Part shown: one piece after another, positions 54,679 to 64,000 of the stretch
Position numbering within the stretch: position 1 is the first letter of the stretch
Layout: each line of letters opens with the position of its first letter
Program-made: the position numbers and the translations under genes
The notes under the pieces: generated by a model
Databases searched by the model: none
What the model was told of the DNA's origin: nothing
Seen by the model: the letters and a program-made list of their open reading frames with translations, nothing else
Assembly (NCBI GenBank): GCA_965655095.1
Contig: OZ296650.1
Span: forward strand, 114,266,001 to 114,330,000
Length of the DNA stretch: 64,000 nucleotides
Direction: 5' to 3'
Source of the DNA: Haplodiscus bocki
Lineage: Eukaryota

Positions 54679-54863
54679 TTCTTCGATTTGTTGTCTTGTT
54701 TTTTGAACGAATATTTGCTACTGATGCTGGTGGGTTTCACGGGCTCACTCGACCGTCTGTTCATCTTTGAGGTGGGAGATTGATGCGAACTCGTGCTGGG
54801 AATGATCAAGTCTACAAAGCCGCTGTGTGTAGACGACTCACTTGTGTCTCCCTCTCCTTCCAT
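54679..54863 (-). CDS. Cys-rich membrane protein, first coding exon
   Basis: gcaATGg start, Ser-rich MEGEGDTSESSTHSG...KQDNKSK, donor aa|gtaaga (phase 2) matching the exon at 51379. Confidence 0.75.
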
Positions 54864-55329
54864 TGCGAATGAAGATTTTAATCTCTGCGTTTTCCTTGAC
54901 AGTTAATTATTGGCTGTCAAGAAAGATTGGTAAGAATAATAGGTTTAACTACTTTTGTATTAAGGCTTATTTAGGGCTCTGCGATGGATAACTGGTTTTG
55001 TTATGGTGAATTTTGCAATGGTGTGTATTACATTGGTACTTGAAAAGAGTAGTCACGTATCCATAATTCAAAAGTAAAACAAGGACATTTTTTTTCGAAA
55101 CGTTACTATTTATTTTTAGTCGGCACTTCTAGTTAATGTGGCTGATTGCTGCAGTGGCTTTTTTCACCATATACTCGAGGAACTGTTCAAATTCAAAATA
55201 CATATTTTTTGTGAGCCCTTACTGTAAATACGCGTTCTTTACTGTAGGCCTTTTTCTGGCCACGAACAAGCCCGTGCGCTTTACGTTCTCGAAAAAATAG
55301 TGCACCTATTTTCCGTGATAAACCCCCCT

Positions 55330-56002
55330 TAGTAGTGTTTTAAAAGAATGGAGCTTAAGTGCGTTCACAGACGCTATTCAGCCAATAGGAGCTCGTTATT
55401 TGCTCTTAATTCGCAATCTCATTGGTTAATATTTGCCAATTTTGGTAATTTCTGTCCTTTTTTTTGAAGTTTGACCAAGTTAGAAGAAACTTTTTCGAGA
55501 AATTATGTACCACAAAAATTCCGTACAACTTCTTGAATCCTGTGATATATTTTGGTTGAAGAAATATTTCGAATTTAAATAGGTTTCGCAAATTTTCAAA
55601 ATACAATTCTTAAAACCTATCTTAAAATATGTAACTTCAAAGTTCATTGTATAAATACAGCAATTTTATGTGCATTCTGAAATGTTTTTGAAAGCTAAGT
55701 ATATTAATGGTTTCAAGATATTTAGGGAACATTTACGCACAAATTGTGTGTCAAAAAATTTTCATTGAGGCCTTTAAATATCAAAAATACACGGAATTTA
55801 TTTAAAATCGATCAAAAATGACCATTCTAACGTTTGCTGTACTTGCCGCAAAATTTTGAAACAAAAACGATTGTAAACTAGATGAAAATCTAAGAAACTT
55901 TTCTCTCTACCAAAAGTAACCTATTCGAATAGTTTCAGAGATATCCATGCCTAAAGTCGGTCAATTTATACATAGGAGCTCCATTCTTTCAAAACACTAC
56001 TG
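55330..56002. mobile_element. Tc1/mariner-type MITE
   Basis: TIRs (t)agtagtgttttaaaagaatggagc and gctccattctttcaaaacactactg, with TA on the right. Related cactactgta ends occur at ~13735 and ~14748. Confidence 0.8.
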
Positions 56003-57149
56003 TACATATACCAAATTCTTTCCAGGAAGGTTAGAACAAAAAGTTTGATGTAATGAATTTCTCAGGCGGTAAATATGATGCCAAAGAGTCCACGTTATAT
56101 TTTAAAAATTTTTGGAAGTGTGCGTTGTAGACAAAAAGATGCTCATGACAAATGTATTGTCAAGAAGGAAAGCTACAATTTTTTGAAAAACAAAGGGTCT
56201 TCCGTTGATATTTTGGGCCCTACAGCGGCGCCGACTTCGGCTGTTCCGGCCTTGCTTGTTGATAATTTTTTTATCAAGTTCATTTTTACAGAGCTTTCCC
56301 GTGCGATGGCGTGATTGGGTTCGTTTCTATTTAAATTTAGTTGTAATTCATCTTTCCAAGTACCTCTAATTGAAAGCTACAAGCGTTGAGAATGATTTGA
56401 ATGCTGAACAGATTGAGTCTTTTGAAATGTGGTTATTTGAGAGATCTCACCAATTGATTTCAGTTTTGTCCCTGAGATTTTGTTTGATCAGACAAATTTG
56501 ACGAAACAAGTTGCATTCAGTTATAATCAGTTCAACAAAATTTCCTTAATTATTTGGATAGGTAAATTTCGAAGCTTTAAGGTGGTTGTTGACGTTGCAA
56601 AACCTTCAAGTGAAAACAAAATTCTAATATTGAGTAATGTACAACACATGAAGGTGTTCAATGTTTGAGATAAGTTGCCAAAATCAAGACACTGAGAGCT
56701 TCACGTATGTTGATTGGCTGAGAGTACTAGAACACTGGTTTGTTCATACTTGGTGCTACCTCATGTACTATGACTAATTCGTTCGAACTTGTGATATATT
56801 TTCTCTAGACAGCGTCTTAAGTAAAATATAATTTTGTTAAGTAAGTAGTGAAGAAATATCTAAACTATATCATTCAGCTCAGATTTTCTCTGCAATCGGC
56901 AATAGTCAGACATTGGAAGCATGAGTTTTCTATATCACGTTGCGAAGAGTACCGCAAATTTGACCTTGTTAGCTGCAGTCATTTGTTTGTAGCTGCACTC
57001 TGGAATGCGTCTCAAATTTTAATCTTCAAAACGTCTCTTCGACCAATAGGGTTAAAAAAAAAACAAGAATTACGAAAAAATTTTTGAAACATTTAGGGAT
57101 TTTTTTCGAAGTGGGCAAAAGTAAGAAATGAGATATTGAACTCAAATAG

Positions 57150-60100
57150 TCGTTTATGTTTTTCCTAAAAACGCATTTTTAGCAAAGGGAAAATATCCCG
57201 GTGGTAACCGGGTGTCTTGTTGTGAAAATATAGGGAACTACGGCAAGCCCCTGCGATAGTAGATTTCTGAGTGTACGTGGTAAACGTTTCTCGCCGTCAC
57301 TGGTGATCAGTGTTGCGTATCAATCAAAGATGAAACGCGTTTGCTTGCCAAACATGGTATTGTCTCCAGTCACCCCAGCTGTAAAACCTTTCAGCCAGGT
57401 GTTGTAGGCTGTTTCGAGGTCTTCGAGGATAATAGTTCTGAGGCAAATTGAAAGTTTTTTCACTGTCACCTGTGAGTATGAGCATCTGGTATGTGATGCA
57501 TCTCTTCGTTGTGAATACAGTCAATGATTCATCTAGTACCTTTTCTACATAGGCTGTGAAACCATTAAGAATAATTTCTTCCTGCAATTTTTCCACTGCG
57601 AGGAATGCAGCCTTGGGACCCTAGTTGCTTTGGGCGTTAATGTCATTGTTTGCTTTCGGAAGTCATCGACGATGGTTGTTCGCGATGTTTCTGGTATTAT
57701 AAATCTTGAACGTTTTTGCTAGGCACTTGATTCCTTCACGTCCGATGTTCTTTGGTAACTTGTTTTGCCCTCTTTCAGTGCCAAGCACACTCCTTTGTTT
57801 CAATAGTCTCTGTCAGTACTTCGTCGGTGGTATCAGCTCTTGCTCAATCATTGTCCATGGTTGGGTTTTGAAGCTTTTGTTTAGACTGGGAAATATGTTA
57901 GACTTTTTTGCAGTCATGGGTGTTATTTGCTTCAACTGAGATTTTTTCAGCATTTTTAAGCATATTAACAAGCCGAGAACGGCCAGAAGTCGCATAAGAC
58001 TCAAAATATCTATGGGGACTGTTTTTCAAGAAACTTTGACTTTTGGGACGAAAAGCTTGATTTTAATTCTCTGTGTTATACACTTTTTAAGAAACTGGTT
58101 TACGTGAGGGGGTATCTGGAGAAAAATTTGGACAGAGAGCACAAAACGTTTCTCCACTTCTTGGGTTTGTTGGGCGATTTTTTAGAAATGTTTTGCATTT
58201 TGCCTCCGAGAAAATTTTTGCTCTTACGGTTTAATGTTATCTGGGGGCTTTTGGTACGTTCTGGGGGACGCCAGCAATCAAGCCTTTTTGCTAATTGAAG
58301 ATACGTCGTAAACAGTGTGAGACCTTCCGTCGAAAAAATGTAATAATCGCGTTTTCAAGTAACATTACTGAAGCCTCATCCAAAAAGACTCCAAAGAGGC
58401 TGAGTACAAAATCCATGATAAAAGATCGCTCCTTTTACTACTAGAACGACCTTCCAAATGCGAGAACCGTTCCGAAAAAAACATTGGTTGAGCGGATTTT
58501 AAATTTTTTTCACTGTATCTGAACTCACTATTTTAGAATGTGACACCAATATTTGCTTAAAGAATGTTACTAGCTTGCAATGACAATATAAAAGCAGTAG
58601 AATAATTTTTTTTGAAAAAAAAGTCGAATAAAAGCAGACAAATATTTAATTTCAAGACTTTAAAATACACTTCTTTGTTTTTCCATGTTTAATAACAGGC
58701 ATCAAAAGTCAAAATTTGTATCCCTGAATTTCGGGAGAGACTTTGCTGCATAATTTTGGAAAACGAGATCTTTCTGTGCCTGGAGAAATAATTTGAGCTA
58801 TTCCGTGATCGGTAAAATTGTAGATTGGCTGGCATGGTTTTTAATTTTGATCATTTAGAAAGGAAAATACTTTAGAACCTTTTCTACATAAGTTGTGAAA
58901 CCATCAAGAATGTTTTCCAGCATTTTTTCGACCATGAAGAACTCAGCCGCAGGACCATAGTTGCTTTGACAGTTAGTGTCCTTGTTTGCTTTAACCTTAA
59001 ACGGGCCACTTGGCCATATTTGGAACATATTATTTTTTCGACATTGATAAGGTACTTTCGGATTAAAAAAGCAGACTGGAGCTCCATATTAGTGTGTTGA
59101 GAGCTGGTACACTTCCGGTTGTTGCTTTTTTGTGAACAATTTGGCCATTGATGTCACATACGTGTTTTCTAATAGCTATGAGTTGAGAGAAAATATATCT
59201 TTCACAAATTCAACCAAAAAATTCCTTTACTCATTTCTGACCATATCTTCCAAACACCTTCATTTTACCTGCACTACATGTTGCTCAGAACTCTAATGCT
59301 TTGACAACGCAATAGTATTCTCATGTTACTACAAGCCCCCGCGCAGCGGGCCGCCTGAAGGCCGGAATGGCCGCGAAGCGGTGGTCCCGGAAAAACAAAC
59401 TAAAATTCTGAAGAACGGGCCGCGCGTCGACAGGGCCTCACAAGAACAAACTGAAAGCCTGTTATTAGCTCTTTCAATTGAATTATAGATCGCTCAATTG
59501 GCAATAGTCTTTGAGAAAATTGCGTTTGAAATTTTTTTGCTCAAATTCTAGATTTTCCTCAAAACAGCTTGGTCCGTTTAAGGTTAAGAAGGGAATCAAC
59601 GAAACTCAACTTCTTCAATTCAGAAAAAAAACTACATTTTGCTGTAGAGTGACTTTTATCATGTAAAATGGTTTTAACAAAGCTAGAGGGTGGAAAGTAT
59701 CCTTGTGGTAGACGGGCGTCTTGTTAAAGTACAATTGAATCATTTTTCGACGTTGACCTTCAAGATGACTTCGATCGAATCACTCCCTGCTCGTGGTTGC
59801 TCATCTTTTCAGCTATTCCAACTCCATCTGCAAAATATATTTTAATAGCCAATTCAATCGACCTTAGGAAAAAAATGATCTTTCCATTTTTAAGATTTTT
59901 ATGAGACCCTATCTGAAAAGGAACTTTCCTTTAGGTATATCTTAAACAAAGTGGTTGTTGACTTATGACACTAGGAAACAAAGTAACAACATCCAACTAG
60001 AACAGAAACTGAGCTACGCATTTTTCGGGTCTATGACCTGTAAACCAATTATTGAGTTGGAGCTTTTTTTCATTTTCATCCGGTAGTTTGATTATTGGGT

Positions 60101-60300
60101 CGAAGGTAATGTTTTAACTAGATTAAAGAATTGCTCAAGATCACTGCCAGGAAGTATAACTGACAAACTTCTGCAATATACCTTTTCACTTGGGAGTTGT
60201 TCATTTGTTTGATATTCTAGTTTATCAAATGAAGTCCACTCAGATATAACCCCTTTCAAGTCTGTTTTCAATTGACTTCTATTTGATAACAGTTCGGCAT
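57150..60300 (-). mobile_element. Decayed Gypsy-type pol remnants (RT/RNase H/integrase), probably two fragments
   Basis: Integrase-like LITSDGE...KTPGYHR (~57200-57310) and GIAEKMSNHEQG...KTPVYHK (~59700-59825). RNase H/RT-like fragments at 57900-59200 with many stops. Confidence 0.5.
59325..59440. mobile_element. GC-rich palindromic segment, possibly a Helitron/Helentron-type terminus
   Basis: gcccccgcgcagcgggc hairpin next to actacaag, plus ggccgcgaagcggtggtcc, in otherwise AT-rich DNA. Confidence 0.3.
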
Positions 60301-60545
60301 AAGGATAATGGAATAACCCCTTTCAGTGTTCTTTGTGTTCGGTACTTACGGGAAACATTGTTGTCGCATATAAAAAGCAGCGGCGCGTTGCTCAATTGTT
60401 TGAAAACGTATTATTTCGAGCGAATGCAAACGGTGAATATTTGGCTTTTTAAATTGAAAAACACCTCGCACAATCCTCCGCTAGGCGAGTTCGGTTTCCT
60501 GGAAGTTAGTTTTCGCTGCGCTGCCTTAAACTCACAGGTCATATG

Positions 60546-60730
60546 CTATGCTAGCTTTGGCAGAAAATTCACAGAACCGATAGATAGACTTTTGATTGAA
60601 AGGATATCTCTAGCTTTGTATATCACACCATAAAATTGGCCTAGTTTTTTGATGACGTAATTGATATGTTGACGAAATGTTAGTTTATTGACTGCGAGAT
60701 ACGTACAAATGGTAACTGGCAATTTTCTGC
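60546..60730 (-). mobile_element. Short LINE RT C-terminal fragment
   Basis: LAVNKLTFRQHINYVIKKLGQFYGVIYKARDIL is typical of the post-RT region of Jockey/CR1/L2 ORF2. Confidence 0.7.
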
Positions 60731-60938
60731 TAATCACTTCCAGTTTATGATTCAGAGGGACGACTACGTTCCTGTACAGGTCGTGGCCATCGATCTATTC
60801 TTGACTCAAAAAAATTTCTTTTTGTAAATTTCTATTCGAAAACTTAAATATGAGTTAATAGAAATGGGTGTCACAGCTGAAGAGGTTTAAAGTAGCAACT
60901 GTCTTGGGAATTGTTGCATTTATTTCTTTATGTTTCAG

Positions 60939-61474
60939 AATATCCCAATCCCAGGCAGCACTAGTGCTTCAGCGGCAGCAACAGGAAGAAATAGCTATGG
61001 AAGATTACAATCAGTCTGTAGTTGGCAGCAATGATGCAGAATTAGCCGAGGACCAAAGACCTGGAACTCCTTTGGAAGACGAGGAGCCAACTCCAGCATC
61101 AGCTGCTATGACTGTGAATGGCAAAGATGACAACAACGGAGATACAGGACAACTCGATGACGATGATGACAGCGATGAAGAAGAGAACGTGAATGTTGTC
61201 ATCAAAAGCAATGCCGCCACTGCCCCAATAGGAGTGATGGCAGCTGCCGCCCACCAACATTTAGGTGGCGGAGGTCCTGCTGTCAACAGTGCATCGGCAG
61301 GTGCAAGTGGTACAGTATTCAAGGGCGGAGTTGGGCAACTTACAGGGACAGGTACCCGCGCTGTGCAACACAAAACATCTGGGGTTGAGATAGACATGAT
61401 ACCCACGGTGAATGGAGTTCTTCTGACTGAAATGGATCTGGAAGCTTTGGAAGACAAACCTTGGAGACTTCCCG
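60939..61474 (+). CDS. FIP1L1: Pre-mRNA 3'-end-processing factor FIP1, exon with the acidic N-terminal region and start of the Fip1 motif
   Basis: Acceptor tgtttcag|, DDDDDSDEEENVNVVI, GVEIDMIPTVNGVLLTEMDLEALEDKPWRLPG, donor cccg|gttggt (phase 1). Confidence 0.95.
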
Positions 61475-62144
61475 GTTGGTATCGAATTATTTTAGTCTAA
61501 AGATCATAGAAAGTGAACATTTGCTAGTTTTTTTTCGATAATTAGAAGTAAATTTTTACAAGAAGTAAAGTTCGTCTCTGGCTTTTTAAAGCATCAGTAC
61601 AATTATATAGGAATTCTATTTTCCTCCAGCTGACGTTGTTTTTAGTATCATTCATAGGAACAATTGTTCGAAAGTATTCGGGATGTTTGTTACCAAAGAT
61701 TTATGATGATAATTTCGCATCAAAATTTTCAATCTTTGAAGCCTTATTGGGCGTTATCCAGAATTTCCTGATACATACAAATTTCGACTGGTCTTTGCTT
61801 AGGACGCGATTTCAGAAGACTTGTTTAACTTTTGGTTGTTTTCTCATTTCTTGTTAATTCGAGATAAATTGCTTCATTTTTCTGGGTATTTTTTGACTGA
61901 ATTGATTTGTAATGATTTTTTCATTTAATTTGCTGATTCTATTTTCTATTCAAGTTTTTCTCTACTTATTTTTTTTTCGGTTGGATTTGGTTTATTTTTT
62001 GGTTATTTGCTCGATGGCTTTGTTCGTTCAGCCATTAATCGAAACTTGTTGTACCAGTCGCTGTAGACCATATCATGCGTCTTCCAAAGCCGAAAAACTC
62101 TTCATGTTACTCTTGATTCAGAATTGATTCGGAGATACTCGTTC

Positions 62145-62335
62145 GTGCGGTAAGAGGTCTAGTGGTTAGAATTGAGATTTGTGATCAAAAGGTTTAGAGT
62201 TCGAACCTTTCACTGTCCTACGTCGTTGTTAATTATGAGCTGTTTATCCTCTGAGACGGGAGAATGGCAGTAGTACCTAAAATAAGTCCTGCTATATAAA
62301 ATAGAAGTCCTAATATAAAATACATACACACATAC
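62145..62335 (+). mobile_element. tRNA-derived SINE in a FIP1 intron
   Basis: A box ggtctagtggtt, B box gagttcgaacc, unrelated body and a (TACA)n-like tail. No intact cloverleaf. Confidence 0.7.
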
Positions 62336-62431
62336 AACGGGTCCGTATGCGCAGTAATACCGATAGTTTAATTTAAATACAACGCACGCAATCAAATATG
62401 AATTTTGTCGAAGATTTTTGTGTTTCATTAG

Positions 62432-62541
62432 GTGCCGATATATCTGATTACTTCAATTATGGATTCACCGAAGAGACATGGGCTGCGTATTGTGACAGAC
62501 AAAGAAGACTGCGGGCGGAAGCCACAGCCAAAGGGATGGTG
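62432..62541 (+). CDS. FIP1L1: FIP1 exon with the Fip1 motif; the gene continues beyond this exon
   Basis: Acceptor tttcattag|, (G)[36 protein letters not shown], donor gtg|gtaagt. Splicing restores [18 protein letters not shown]. Confidence 0.97.
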
Positions 62542-62974
62542 GTAAGTAATTCAACCTCAAATGAAATGAGTTGTGAATTGAAAGAATAGGCGACTTTATT
62601 ATTTACATTTCCAATTTCACACGGATTGTTTTATCAAAAATGAAAGAAAATAATGAAAAACTTATGTGTTAGCAACAGGGCTGTAAAAATTACGAAAAAA
62701 TATCGAAGGGAAAATCAATTATTAATATCGAAGCCGAAGGTAAAAATATTGTTAGACGTGTCCGTTTTTTTCCAGACCTGCTCATGTGGAAATCATGTGA
62801 CTCTACACTGATTTGTTCTAGCACTCAGTTCTGGCCTTACATGTAAAGTTTAGTGGCCTTGTGTAGTTATTTCACAATTTCAAAACCGCAACTCGTTTTC
62901 AGTTTTCGCGGTTTAGGACTTAAATTCGCCTAAATTGACAGAACATAATTTCTGTCGACTTTAAACGATTTTAA

Positions 62975-63850
62975 ATATGGAGATGGACGCAATCCGACGA
63001 CCAATCTTCAATAAAATCACTTCGACGAAACACGGAATTGCAAACATTGATTCGACAAGAACAGTTTTTGTTGATTCGACAATTACAAGTTGAAACATTC
63101 CATTGAGGAAGTACGAAATACACCAGCCTCACTACTTCGGAGATGCAATCGGAACAATAGCTAGTCGGAACAATCAATTTCAAACGCAGCAAGTGAACAG
63201 TTTTTCAAATAAGTCATGATTTTTGGTTTGAAATAGTGTTACTTAGACCATCTGCGCTACTTCTCGGATGCTTCGAGAGCCGAACAATCCATTAACTACT
63301 GCATGGATGCCATTGGACTAAAATCTCAAGAAAATCACTTTCACCGAACGACTCAACTGAAAACAACTTTTTGTTTCTAATTACAATTCAGAAGTTTTCG
63401 TCAGAAAATTCAAAACAGTAAATCCCTTTCAATTGAGAGGGCTTCCTGATAGAGACATATCCAACTGGCGCTGGATGGACCCACTCCGATCCATAATTTT
63501 CCAGGGAAGCATTTTGTACAAACGACGCAAGCACAAACATCGTTAATTTCTAATTACTAGTCAAACTTCAGAAATTTAATGAACAGTTAATCCGCGCCAC
63601 ATCGAAGGATCACTGGCTGGCGAGAGTCAGAATTAGCGCTGGATGAACGCAATGCAAACAGTAGTTCTGAAGAAAAACTTCTGACGAACGATGCAAGTAA
63701 AATTATCTCGGGTTTTTTCAAATACTAGCAAACAGTCTTCGTTTGAAACAAAACATCCCTGCTACTTCGTAGATGGTCTTGCTCATGGCTAGTCAACAGA
63801 ACGCTGGGTCAGCGTTTTTAGGCTGAATATCCTCAGAAAAGGTTTTTAAT
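62975..63850. repeat. Degenerate ~165-bp tandem repeat
   Basis: A (g)gatg(g/a)ac(g)ca..c..a...aaaa(t)cactt...acgaacga-like motif recurs at ~62981, 63141, 63306, 63473 and 63641. Confidence 0.55.
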
Positions 63851-64000
63851 GAATGGCGCTTGTAGAATCGCCTTTACATTTTCAGGCTTTTTTTTACCAT
63901 TTTTCATGATATAACTACGAAATAAACCACCTCTGCCAGTCTTTACCGCCGTAGCTACCTAGCTGTGGAATCCTCTCAAAATGGATGAATTAATACCACA

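Noticed and set aside
60868-60938. Signal-peptide-like N-terminus of the 210-aa ORF (MSQLKRFKVATVLGIVAFISLCF)
   Set aside because: It starts at GTG and is intronic polypyrimidine tract upstream of the acceptor at 60938; FIP1 is nuclear.
61011-61457. 148-aa minus-strand ORF
   Set aside because: Antisense shadow of the low-complexity FIP1 exon.
62145-62215. Possible tRNA gene
   Set aside because: A and B boxes are present but the acceptor and anticodon stems do not pair; it is followed by a SINE body and tail.

Overview
AT-rich, repeat-dominated eukaryotic (most likely invertebrate animal) DNA with spliceosomal introns, so most entries in the ORF track are spurious. Two host genes are supportable. 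(1) FIP1 (pre-mRNA 3'-end processing factor) on +, with clear exons at 60939-61474 and 62432-62541 and a possible first coding exon about 48 kb upstream (12892-12917). (2) A gene on - that the ORF track shows only as fragments: four phase-compatible exons (54863-54679, 51379-51179, 47718-47468, 46602-46403) give a 278-aa predicted type II membrane protein with a 24-Cys, CC-doublet ectodomain. Mobile DNA includes: a near-intact CR1/L2-type LINE with three ORFs (stand-alone SGNH-like ORF, PHD ORF1, and APE-RT ORF2 in frame with ORF1 across a single UGA-CUA); several decayed Gypsy remnants; decayed Polinton/Maverick fragments (two packaging ATPases in opposite orientations and an integrase); a 15.9-kb mosaic tandem array with a period of about 4.1 kb; cryptic 140-175-bp degenerate repeats; MITEs; a tRNA-derived SINE; and a palindromic MULE derivative with a 9-bp TSD that sits in an intron and structurally resembles maize Mu killer. 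All family assignments are by-eye motif recognition; no searches were run.
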